A stretch of DNA of 64,000 bases. Origin: a virus. Lineage: Duplodnaviria > Caudoviricetes. Positions 42,901 through 48,431 of the stretch are shown in pieces (position 1 is the stretch's first letter; every line of letters begins with the position of its first letter). Under the pieces are notes generated by a model, which made no database searches, had not been told where the DNA came from, and worked only from the letters and a program-made list of their open reading frames with translations. The stretch spans positions 32,001 to 96,000 of IMG/VR virus record IMGVR_UViG_2930578203_000001. The stretch is one strand, 5' to 3'. A program made the position numbers and the translations under genes.

Positions 42901-45035
42901 GCAACGGCGTACGCGTCTACCGCGTCCGGGGTGTCGAGGACGGCCCCGGCGGTACCCGCAGCCTCTTCCTGGAAGGCGAGGACGGCCGTACACGCCGCCG
43001 CGTCGTCCACGGAGCGATGCCGCTGTGGCAGCTCAGTGAGCCCCAGTCGGACGGCGAGAACGGATCAGACGACACTGCCCTTGTACCGGGCGCCCCGACT
43101 GCGCCGACCCCGAGCCTGCCGCCCGCCGGTGCTCCGCGGGACCCCAACCCGTCTCCGCAGTCCGACGCCGACCGCATCGTCGCCGACCACCCCCGCGCGG
43201 TCGCCGCACGGATCATCGACGCGGCGATTGCGGGCACCGAACCGCCCGGCGACATCCACGCGCTTCGTGAGCAGATCGCCCAGCGCCTCACCGCCGAGGC
43301 CCTGCGCGATGCACGTCAGGCCGCTCGCGACGACGCCGTGGCCGCGTTGGACGCCGCGGGTATCACCGGCCGCGACCGTTCCGCAGCGCTGCAGGCCCTC
43401 AAGCGGGCACGGCAGAAGGCGCACACCGCGACGGTGCGCGCCGCCCTGCGCACCATCAACGACCTGGAGCCGCTGCCTGACGAGACCGACGAGGACCTCG
43501 CCGCGCGAGCCCGCGACCTCCTCAGCCTCATTCCCGATCAGATGGGAGGCGCCCCCAACGGGCCCGACAACGGCGGCGATGCAGACGTCGCCCGCACCGT
43601 CGCCGGGCACGTCGACGACGCCGTGAATGCGATCATGCAGCAGCTCCAGGCCGCGGGCGTGGACCCGGGCGACGCCGACCGCATCGCCCGCGTCCTCGCT
43701 CAGCAGATGAACGGCTCCCGACAGGCCACCGCCCGGCAGATCGCCCGCCGAGTCACGGCCGTGTCCCCGCAGGCCGGCCGCCAGCCGGGTCTGCTCGCCC
43801 GGATCGTGGCCGCGCTTGTCCGTCTCGCCAAGCGCCTCGCGGAACTTGTGCGGGCCGCAGCCCGGAAGATCGCCGAGAAGTACCGCAGTGCCCGCGAGCG
43901 CCTGCGTCGCCTGCGCGCCTTCCTCGGCCGCCTCGTCCGCCGCGTACGGGAGTGGCCGGAGTCCCGGCGCCTGGCCCGCCTGCACCTCGCCCTCGACCTG
44001 CCCGAAGCCGACGGTGAGTCCCTGGCCGCCCGGATCTCCCACTGGGCCGGCCTGATGCCGGAGGCCGGTCGCTTCGGCCAGGCTCAGCGCCGTGTCACGT
44101 GGTGGAGGCCCACGACGTGGGCGCAGCTTGCCGCCGGGCGGTTCCCGGGCCGAAGCGACCGCACTCAGTGGGCGCCGGACCAGGCCGCGGATGGTGGCCC
44201 TGGCCTGACCGCGCTCCGCCATCTGGCAGCACTGAGGGCGGCCGGCGGCGACGTCGACCAGGACGTGACGCGCCGTCTGGCCGACGCTCTCGGCGACGAC
44301 TTCGGCGGCGACCCTCACGGCACGCTGCAGCGCGCGGACGACTACGTGGCGCTCACCGAACGCCGCCTGGTCAACCTCCAGGCGGCTCGGACGGGCGGCA
44401 CCCTGCCGGATGACCCCGACCTCGAGGTCGAGATCACTGCGGCTCGGGCCGAAGCCGCGGCCGCGCGCCGAGAGTGGGCGGACCTTCGGGCCCAGTACGC
44501 CGCGGCGGTCCCGGACGCGGTCGCGGCGACCCTCGCCGAGATCCGCAACATGGGCCCCGAGGGGAGCGCCAGCATCGTGTTCGGCCCGGACTCCACGCCG
44601 GACGCCGAGCGGGCCGTACGGGGCGTGCAGCGCCTCGTGCCTCGGGCGTGGCTCAACACCCCTGCCGCGCGCCGCGTGACGGCCGTGGACGGCGACGAGG
44701 GGCGGTACGAGCCCAACGAGCAGAGGATCACCGTCGCTGATCTCGCCGACGACGGGCTTGGCACGGCCGGGCACGCCTTGGCGCAGCACCTTGCCGAGCA
44801 CCTGGGAGACCTGGACGCCGCCCAGCGCGCGTTCTGGTTCAACCAGACCCACACCGGCCGGCCTGGCGCCCGTCGCATGCGGCGCAGCACTCTCAGCCGC
44901 ATCTTGCATCGCCAGCAGACGCAACCGGACACCGGTGACACCCTCGCTCGGTCCGTTCAGTCGATGTTCAACGGCGACTGGTACCTGGATGACGACCTTC
45001 GGGCGTTCCTCCTGGGCCTGCTCGCCACCCGATGA
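27996..45035 (+). CDS. Giant (~5,680 aa) DarB-like polyvalent protein: N6-adenine MTase, SNF2-type helicase, repeats and a degenerate zincin
   Basis: VLEAGSGAG/GVELD/GNVPF (MTase, ~32460-32665); AHEVGLGKT, VVDEAH, ATGTP, QRNGRILRYGN (helicase, ~34510-36090); N-terminal WNPALHPRDSKGRF. Confidence 0.9.
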   Translation: MLNRPNAQAESQDLSRDLEVKVTRRPWNPALHPRDSKGRFIETGGVVRTWGGKLARVIRALPHDRILVQDQTGPDEFRGRRHTTSAKWVSMVARPDGSAPTDDEEKVAEEDERRTQDPRRGNGVARDDDGDPNTPNDPHDQDDKGRPIGEDDGDGPDDDDDQDEPEDGAHPVNVDALPNQQHAAGARYADTAAVRRHFMQVAAQPGTSTDMATFLRSVAHDDDLRTTSSGRLVILLDDRPEHAGRWNLTATGSGQRVDAAGTFATAEDTARFAEHLDKTAVNGQLTKFQQPFDFSDPQLDREARDWRSTRGENIQGAIQRARKEFDGTDTAPASPKPAQAPSAAAADGRRFTTLQDVRAHWTDMRTRLSQGGPETQNAVRILDTLINDDRLKLVGRGQLVTRRDENGDWLLVATGSGYTLRGQTLHPRFESQEEAQRFGRFLVASGIKGENGEPLDMSRGAISRWRSEDNQSFSEVVDEALAKWQRERGGDAPAGQNAPAPDAPQAHDETGAPAQPEAEPAPAPAVPEGAKPVDGVDGYHYVNDGGSITLYGPDGQVAATSERGYPPKAKIDGVTVPVPQYPKQGAAVMARLHRGAQNPDQRDRITAAWVMKPGKDGKPAKRVMVFRGTIKGDERDYDAVGSTRAIKWAPSLRAYSTQSNMTEATRDERISEVLSKLARQGRNIHVTDETAAGSPDAPANAVDETEALRKAIANADDPRLSQLKYERWASLNRTRSEANRKRLNSEIAMIDDELKRRRIERDEAAARDVSSLSDDDIANRIRESQEERGTYGARKGQDANDVERAIYSERRRRSQALVDDDTDLTTAAEDDLAKARETIAERVRMHQAAGDDPEAERTMRQALQNRHDAIVGEQQSRHAQKIADRPPVADLTDEELSQEYNDLLRRDFRKAPPEAQQVLEGRMEDVKRERRDREKRAITDRDAPENLSDEDLKAEYTELRRTRSSYTGTDDVKAARKERMAALEAEQNRRSSTPEVEQLVARVDNPDDNGMISIGGGSDYGYVDYRDQTHGHTTREIGWTWGKHSWGHADTAYPSRAAALAAMVQAYDNDPDTRGERTWGRKRPVFVPKMFVELYQNERLRDRLAGASEERQYLYSLFRDRYGWDDGVNPLVPSNKKGHHIKGRKLWVPEGLLAELNRVTEELSRDMSVRAADRDADSSDRQKAKTRLASINVALHGIEAQRESVRKNGGDDDRKVISREEIEAQQAALRAALGGDDDEHVQSDGPGSLADVPAQGVGGDDRSGGVRRDEGQGDRDSDSQGRGGAGEDRSGADGVRGAGRPAQADQGGRNSDGPGGSSAGAGARGGEGAGADADGAAPAGDQGPDVRRVARFRPNPADAPKGARARATANVEAIRVLKKLEAENRPATDEERRILARWSGWGSVPILFANEPNEKEPRYQQGGTRYGKFAKDHERWSEYSDIRSELQRVLTPVEFRQASRGVLSMHYTPQPIAEAMWEGLRAFGFDRGDVLEAGSGAGTFFGVAPDGARLTGVELDPTTARIAQAIYPHANVLNESFAETDAQPGTFDAAIGNVPFARVPFDDKRYPAESLHNGFVTKEIALVRPGGITAVITSRQTLDSKGDKARRQMAKYGDLVGAVRLPSGVFTDAGTGVTTDVLVFRRREDGTEPADTSWLDAPERDINGTAHHINAYFDEHPEHILGTLTMQSGPYGPEVTVKGDPAKAAEQLRAALDDIATKAKADGRGYEPHPDGDNRPPVQLQTAREKHANDWTGRLYEGDDGQFYQHVNGAEPVLLEPADGNTAQLRGLMQLRDVAAELRELDRKNDEEERAEALRAQLRDLHAAYVAEYGPLSKPGQHRTQGGRPTAWGYFRADPDAAAVLALERWDANKGEPVLSRVFTERAAARRQPLSSTNDPKAALAAVVAAKGEVDLGEIARLLDVTPQEAVKRLGNEVFTDPETGRLELASAYLSGAVRDKLDAARKAAERDPAYAVNVAALEAVQPPDRTIGQFTPEMGAHWTPPELLQGFLREYLGDRTLRVAHDDRYGWILNTGRVPEANNVMYGVPAVEPDPDNGIKGNKGKNAVEIARAILGFGSLTVYEDDKRKEVDEATSRLIRQKADQMRAEFAKYATANADRLSVLTDSYNRIMNGHIVRSYEGMSPTLEGFTPDRNPHPWQRSGAARMQFERGVILAHEVGLGKTSTLVMGTQALKASGQIEKPMAVVPNHLARQWYNEARCLYPNADIHLITSADLAGDRRGSTLEWLRANRPDLVIFTEEAFGSIKMSPEAQDEYEFRELEALREQLDRQYEDADNPNHPFIVAKIEQRIATVSKNINKNAAPMRRPGETYWDDLGFDYFVVDEAHRYKGVGFRSKEGGGDKASIRGVDLHQKTSDLHRRRQGRATITLATGTPLSNSISEQFTMLMFAAPWVLDAYKAGAPDLWANTFGRKTLRIENAPDGSGLRVVERFSEFHNKRAMKTMWGLVADTKRGDDVGIPRPKLRGGKPNLIMVDATPDQKKRLKGLVARGRAIHNGEVDRHQDNMLAVSNEGTSVALDPRLIDAKALAGNKLKAVADRHIERYHQHKDRLYPVALDSLVNHPVPGALQMIFLNEGVPGGKNKGNFDAYAELKRLMVAGGIPADKIAFVQDAKKSGKPEDMTELFRKAREGEIAVLIGSSAVAGTGMNAQDRMISLSHVDLDWGAAQMEQRNGRILRYGNLNPEVEIDIYATKGSMDGWKAGFVAAKAEGLIDIQRPEPEDGDSSDVVQEIDGAEFDYETMEAEIGGNPFMSQLMKAKRRLKDLEIDQHNEAAERIRRAEALDALRQESQATRDGIHRREQALPRIQEADDRFRMTIGGSPYGERSDAGKALHRQITSRLLEHNREGLSDWHILGQFRGLDFGVRTEKTADGKLVAHVGFPDLRQSDFERTVEDLQKKGAGSGMITRLGNALDKAPALQESDRAKVPELDEQIALLQSAHAAADLTPQIDHARKRSNLLEEIVARVTNLDAKPEIDPDELDKERYKNKDDREKIAKGRREEREPLQAAVDEAVANLHRWDEENPAPEQDDTVRLSEDEVREALARLSPEPSTTPQPDAPETSDRSSEDADTDVDEPNTAETETPETTGGGSSDEPPADTPAADDTGAQNDGQDQDDVVRLSQDEVNDTLASIQPDADTTATDEPDEPLRYAWDKPEDFVTLTMPAALADFLNVDETAAMEDPDTRKALKEATPGRRGTLQVTGPIEVHRALLQWAWTLEGGEGLESDPSEVRAYKAYAKRIDEADADLQRRRAEREAAAAADTDENDSPDADSTNDGGSDEPPTDAPSTAEPDGEDDQDQSTDEDTEASDTVTLTPDEVSDQLDAVRPEGSKAPSSMDDGEIRDEIVDLMGREMADELSGADHTRLQVLLAEEARRAGRAPKQEPKPKRTTEEPGGLFDVDQPTTQQPSSAADVDNPEDQPDDLFGTPDMIADAEGRSTEGLRPARMRNAADLKQGDRYTDADGRTHTVSEPPVKTPRGRTRIVTDDGEERFYNADAQVRLRDPDEEIPENETDERSADDDADNTPDVDEPETSEPDVDEPEATSDSSSTKDRADRMTGLIDQATDGAGGDELPEVSEVRDALGRAEDSDDPDAELRSAADRLDDLAEMYELGGPEGERAADLFRQAARIARGEDEDDRRGDDNDRNEDDSEAPDATNQDSEEDQDDDEERQQRRNGDADSDAADPDGAPDGGGAGTPDTPADNEDEAGNPDDAPDNSDDEQDEPEAEKDDEQDDRNRRRRRRRRNGGGGSGGPGGPGGPGLPHLNLPDLNTPDAGGADGNGDGEDGRGTRDRGRTPMRHRDVDSLRRAWKNGDGLTPAEETPQRREALSQAADRDGLALSPGGGLVTWPEQQEDGTTLWRFAQARNGANLTGLTLTTEDPEEARALAGRFEEITGRDGQPFDWQQAWGPSTVGQWRDGEGRNLQRALQAVLDDFEQQRAAAAQPEPAPERRALPGDLTGLEDDELVDAWSNDLSDEDQKRLMAEMDRRDGYTDQRVRDVLPDTPPADAEEAERRAKAVDEALGFGGADVPRVRRTREDIIRAEFADFDEARYQAAIDATNGYFYARKYKYGSGINERDLFSGGALAKLNLWEKYASEELKDWYKANGGRITYNQFRQTYRDNDRQDRQQFEEEQRRQAEAGQTEEPTTPETEPYDPATPRFADEATLRDHIRSGQLDEVPEEQRGDVPSAEERAEIADAESTQLSDGGRLLIYGNEAGRAGSRSGQRFDVALPGSMQPLFRSGFHSAAEARRYASVLDGIKDTDGNAFPWDAPDVADRARAFRTADGNRLFDEITERLYGFNDLYEPWNSDRGQALHHRTWSQQEADWNTREEEAGYSIPIDLTDIRPGDEISFPVATSRGQNTRPQDEYVGTVHATVSGEGEPFQYRSQFSAFGNQQLYRFPAEGSWINQYGEHTEIDEAFPNLGVVRRRPRPDEVSSTADDRDDRSSRADTPQAETPGTATPPARQQPAPDRAPAEPEPAAPSAPADQPQGEPDPVGGQPAHWARVRDLVQGDMVRMEGRTSNGRAITRSGYVFTGPVDVEVTRNGRTERMLRTYVTENPDGTGKRGNVFTPLNATAARAETPDDVVPGSPTSGAQSAVQAGSLPDLVPADRNGRGLFPGSTVTGVDGLRTREGTVTGATSTTVSVRWDNDDTADGLSPNTLTVTGGDRPDGWTSSGQRVTPRHIVTDTEGALLGPVDEVNGDRVTITTAESTITRSAGDLRVAGEVRDDAPGTDPVTGIDDPAAADLKEDDVLVLDLDGTPTTVAVTGIHREGDRVTIDFADTTTGEIGQIDVDASQVIPRAQGADDTPPDLGPDDAPDAPDDLTVHEPPHRVEPVTGPTVDPDLTMGDRDVIGDLADGPDDDPDAQQAAVRITADLPVPPEQAAALAAQLRDSADPSTPEGRAALRAANHLDRAIGRTPPPELNRPRPSNAAQVAEDDTIAIPDNQGNGVRVYRVRGVEDGPGGTRSLFLEGEDGRTRRRVVHGAMPLWQLSEPQSDGENGSDDTALVPGAPTAPTPSLPPAGAPRDPNPSPQSDADRIVADHPRAVAARIIDAAIAGTEPPGDIHALREQIAQRLTAEALRDARQAARDDAVAALDAAGITGRDRSAALQALKRARQKAHTATVRAALRTINDLEPLPDETDEDLAARARDLLSLIPDQMGGAPNGPDNGGDADVARTVAGHVDDAVNAIMQQLQAAGVDPGDADRIARVLAQQMNGSRQATARQIARRVTAVSPQAGRQPGLLARIVAALVRLAKRLAELVRAAARKIAEKYRSARERLRRLRAFLGRLVRRVREWPESRRLARLHLALDLPEADGESLAARISHWAGLMPEAGRFGQAQRRVTWWRPTTWAQLAAGRFPGRSDRTQWAPDQAADGGPGLTALRHLAALRAAGGDVDQDVTRRLADALGDDFGGDPHGTLQRADDYVALTERRLVNLQAARTGGTLPDDPDLEVEITAARAEAAAARREWADLRAQYAAAVPDAVAATLAEIRNMGPEGSASIVFGPDSTPDAERAVRGVQRLVPRAWLNTPAARRVTAVDGDEGRYEPNEQRITVADLADDGLGTAGHALAQHLAEHLGDLDAAQRAFWFNQTHTGRPGARRMRRSTLSRILHRQQTQPDTGDTLARSVQSMFNGDWYLDDDLRAFLLGLLATR
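31705..32043 (+). CDS. TnpV-like small protein nested in the +1 frame of the giant gene
   Basis: GGGAGG RBS; HWRTYRPKEWAAMTDPEAF...YEEQVGRHKQIRADATAMVL; the giant's own frame is low-complexity G/D/R here. Confidence 0.7.
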   Translation: MTNMFSPMVRDHWRTYRPKEWAAMTDPEAFVETKAREIETQILKAEEALEKTVPEPTEYEEQVGRHKQIRADATAMVLADLLPEPEPEAEKAPEQTPMEQHLQEIRDLMYDA

Positions 45036-45045
45036 GGAGGTAGCC

Positions 45046-45315
45046 GTGCCGTTCGCCGTCACCGGCGCGTTCGAAGACGGGGCGACCTACAGCGTGCAGG
45101 TCACCGGGCTGGCCGACCGCCCGGTGATCGGGTCGCACCGTGCCACCGCCCTGGTGGAGCTCCACCAGGGGAGCCCGGTCTCCCTGTCCCCGACCGGCCC
45201 CGTCCGTACAGTGGCCGGGGACGACGAAGCGACCGTGCTCGCAGTGCTGCGAGAGTTCACCAGAGTCGTAGAGGAGGGGCCCGGTGCTCCCCGGCAGACC
45301 AGCGTTCCCGGGTGA
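45046..45315 (+). CDS. Small hypothetical protein following the giant gene
   Basis: GAGGAGG RBS and GTG start. Confidence 0.7.
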   Translation: MPFAVTGAFEDGATYSVQVTGLADRPVIGSHRATALVELHQGSPVSLSPTGPVRTVAGDDEATVLAVLREFTRVVEEGPGAPRQTSVPG

Positions 45316-45410
45316 TTCAGGAGCTTGCACAATTGCGCAAGAACGATCTTGGTTCGGGGTGGGGCGGGCGTGGCCGGGACACAAGCGGCCCCGCCCGTCA
45401 TCCTCCGCCC

Positions 45411-46016
45411 GTGACCAGATACGGATTCGCCATCAAGGCTCTCCCCAAGGGCGGTAAGCCGTTCGGGGACGAAGAAGACGACGAGCAGCCCGAGGGCACC
45501 GAGGAGGAGACGCTCGAGGGCGACGACCCCGCAGCAGCACTCGAGGACCCTTCCGCTGACATGGGCCAGGACCCCGCGGCGCCGCCCGAGGACCGGGCCG
45601 CGGCCCTGGAGGAACCAGCCGCCGAACCGCCCGCAGAGGGAGCCGAGCCCCCGGCCGAGGGCGAGGAGCCGGTCGACGTGCCGGAGCCGCCTGCCGACGA
45701 CGCCCGGCCGTGGGCGGGCGACATGTACGACGAGGGCAGCGAGACCGACCCGGCCGACTCCTTCTCCGCGTACACCGGCAGCAACGGAGAACAGGCTTGG
45801 TTGGATCGGGCCCCAGACGGCACACTGACCGGGTGGGTCAGGGACGGCACGGGCCAGGTGTGGCGCTACACCGATCCGGACGCGTGGGCGGTCGACGTGG
45901 ACGGCGCGCACATGACCCGCACGCACAGCCAGGCCGACGAACCCTCCGCCCCGCCAGCGGACGCCCCACCCGGCAACCGCGGCGTACAGGACTCGATGTT
46001 CCAGCAAGGGAGCTGA
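45411..46016 (+). CDS. Acidic hypothetical protein
   Basis: GTG 6 nt after CGGGAC-N18-CATCCT; acidic N-half, Trp-rich C-half. Confidence 0.7.
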   Translation: MTRYGFAIKALPKGGKPFGDEEDDEQPEGTEEETLEGDDPAAALEDPSADMGQDPAAPPEDRAAALEEPAAEPPAEGAEPPAEGEEPVDVPEPPADDARPWAGDMYDEGSETDPADSFSAYTGSNGEQAWLDRAPDGTLTGWVRDGTGQVWRYTDPDAWAVDVDGAHMTRTHSQADEPSAPPADAPPGNRGVQDSMFQQGS

Positions 46017-46017
46017 C

Positions 46018-46227
46018 GTGCAGTTGACCCGCAGCACCGCCCTCGCGCTCCAGCAGGAGGGCAAGGCCGCCTTTGAGGCGGGCGACCCCGCTGACTCCAG
46101 CCCGTACAACAGGTTCGGCAACGCGGAGCAGCAGTTCGGCTATCAGTTCTGGACCCGCGGCTACATCACGGCGCGTTCGGCCGCTGAGGGCGCCCAGGAA
46201 CCTGCAGGAGCCAGCGCAGGACGTTAG
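46018..46227 (+). CDS. Small hypothetical protein
   Basis: EGKAAF..G....SPY.........WTRGY motif of small phage proteins. Confidence 0.6.
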   Translation: MQLTRSTALALQQEGKAAFEAGDPADSSPYNRFGNAEQQFGYQFWTRGYITARSAAEGAQEPAGASAGR

Positions 46228-46286
46228 CCAGACGCGAACGGCACGGTGCCCGGCGGCCCACTGTCCACCGCCGGAGGTTCCCCGCC

Positions 46287-48206
46287 GTGCCGAGCGCTCC
46301 ACCCACCAGATCGTCACACCCGAACACCCTGCGAGGCACCAGCCGGGCAATCTACGCCGTCACTGGCGTGGTCGACGAGGTCAACGACCTCATCGTCCCC
46401 GGCGCCTTCGCTCACACCCTGGCCACCCGTCGCGTCAAGGCCGTATGGCACCACGAATGGAAGGACGCCGTCGGCGTCGTCCTGCACGTCGAGGAGTGGC
46501 TACCCGGCGACCCCAGGTTCGCCGACGTCCCCGACTGGCCCGCCGAGGCCGGCGCCCTGGTCGCAACCGTCGAGTACAACCGGCGTACCAGCAAGGGCCG
46601 CGACACCTACGAGCAGGTCAAGCAGTGGTACGAGCACGGCGAAGCCGCGTTCTCCATCGGCTACCGCGTGCCCGCCGACGGAGCCACCCGCCGCGGTGAC
46701 GGCGTCCGCGTCATCCACCGCCTCGACCTGTTCGAAGTGAGCCCCGTCCTGCACGGCGCGCACCCCATGACCCGGGCGCTCGAGGTCAAGGCTGCGGCCA
46801 ACCCCGGCATGGAGTACAAGGCGACGCCCAACGTCATCGAACTCGACGCAGGGACGGACGAGGACCGCATCAAGGTCGCCGGACTCGTCCTCAAGGCCGA
46901 GGACACCGGCCGCGTCCTGCTCATCCAGCGCGCCCTCGACGACGAGGACCCGGATGCCGGAACCTGGGAGTTCCCCGGCGGGCACCTGGAGAAGGACGAA
47001 GACGCGCTCGCCGCAGCGCTGCGCGAGTGGCAGGAGGAAACCGGCGCCGAACTCCCCGGATCGGCAAGCGTTGTCGGCTCCTGGACTTCCCCGAACGGCA
47101 TCTACCGAGGGTTCGTCGCCGTAGTCCCCGGCGAGTCCCACATACCGCTGAACCGGCCCCCCAGCGAACGACCGGTGACCAACCCCGACGACCCCCAGGG
47201 CGAAGCGCCAGAGGTCACCGCCTGGTGGCCGATCACCGCCCTCCCCGACATGTCCCTGCTCCGGCCTGCATGCCGTGAGACCCCCTGGTCCCTCCTGGCA
47301 GGCGCCACCCTGCCGCAGGGCCCGGCGGCCAAGAAGCCCAGAGCCGAGGCCGAGCAGTTCGCCGCCGGCGTCATGAACACCTACGCCGCTCTCGGCACCA
47401 CGGAAGCGAAGTCCGCGCGCGCCGCAGTGGCCTCCGCCCGCTCCGTCCTGCCGCGCATCGAGCACAAATCCGCCCGCTCCACGGTCGCCGAGGCCAAGAG
47501 CCATCCCACGCCCCTTCCGGAGGCTTCTGTGATGTCCCCCAACCCCCTGCTCGAGTCCCAAGAGCAGTTCCGTGCCCGTCTCTCGGACAGCGTCCGCGAA
47601 CTCCTCGACCAGGACGGCCAGACCTGGACGTGCATTGAGGGCACCTACCCGGACCGCGTCATCGTCTCCGTGCACAGCGAGGACGAGCGGCGCAGCAGCC
47701 ACTACGCCATCCCGTACACGGCCACCGCGAACGGCGAGATCAGCCTCGGCACCCCTAAGTCCGTCGAACTCGCCACCGTCGTACTCCCGGAGGGCGCCAG
47801 CGCGCAGCGCACGGCCACCGACGAGGAAGACGTCGACGCCCGCGTCGTGCAGCCCACCGTGGAAGCCCTCGCCGACGCCACCGCTCGCATCAACACCACC
47901 GAGGCCGACCCGGACCAACTCACGGGCGTACGGGACAAGGTGCGCACGCTGATCGCCGCCCTGTCCGCGAAGGGCCTCGACACCGCCGACGACACCGAAG
48001 CCCCGAAGGGCGCCCCCCGGGACCCCACGGCCGGCCCCATCGGCATGGACCTGTGGGACGAGTACTCGTTCAACGACGACGAGGACGAGGACGAAGTGCC
48101 CATGGAGGACGCTCCGCCGCCCGCCGAGGCGGACGTCGACGACGAGGACACGGTCCGGCTCGACGAGGACAAAGTGAAGTCGGCGCTCGCCATGATGCGG
48201 AGCTGA
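46287..48206 (+). CDS. HK97-type prohead protease fused to a Nudix hydrolase and a C-terminal extension
   Basis: VDEVNDLIVPGAF, WHHEW, FSIGY, LFEVSPVLHGA (protease); GGHLEKDEDALAAALREWQEETG (Nudix box). Confidence 0.9.
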   Translation: MPSAPPTRSSHPNTLRGTSRAIYAVTGVVDEVNDLIVPGAFAHTLATRRVKAVWHHEWKDAVGVVLHVEEWLPGDPRFADVPDWPAEAGALVATVEYNRRTSKGRDTYEQVKQWYEHGEAAFSIGYRVPADGATRRGDGVRVIHRLDLFEVSPVLHGAHPMTRALEVKAAANPGMEYKATPNVIELDAGTDEDRIKVAGLVLKAEDTGRVLLIQRALDDEDPDAGTWEFPGGHLEKDEDALAAALREWQEETGAELPGSASVVGSWTSPNGIYRGFVAVVPGESHIPLNRPPSERPVTNPDDPQGEAPEVTAWWPITALPDMSLLRPACRETPWSLLAGATLPQGPAAKKPRAEAEQFAAGVMNTYAALGTTEAKSARAAVASARSVLPRIEHKSARSTVAEAKSHPTPLPEASVMSPNPLLESQEQFRARLSDSVRELLDQDGQTWTCIEGTYPDRVIVSVHSEDERRSSHYAIPYTATANGEISLGTPKSVELATVVLPEGASAQRTATDEEDVDARVVQPTVEALADATARINTTEADPDQLTGVRDKVRTLIAALSAKGLDTADDTEAPKGAPRDPTAGPIGMDLWDEYSFNDDEDEDEVPMEDAPPPAEADVDDEDTVRLDEDKVKSALAMMRS

Positions 48207-48431
48207 GTCGCACGACCCGGTCTCACCCCTGCTCCCGCACCCTGTGCGCGTCATCCCGAAAAACCGCAGGTCAAACCTATGCGCTGCCCGCTCTTGACTC
48301 CCTGAGCGGGCAGCGCGCGACGTTAACCCCTCTCTCCCTCTTCACTCCCGCCTGGCGTTGAGGCTGTCCCGGTGCTGGCCGGGCGGAGCGACGCACGTCA
48401 ACCGCACCCCAGCACCAGGGAGAGAGCAGCA

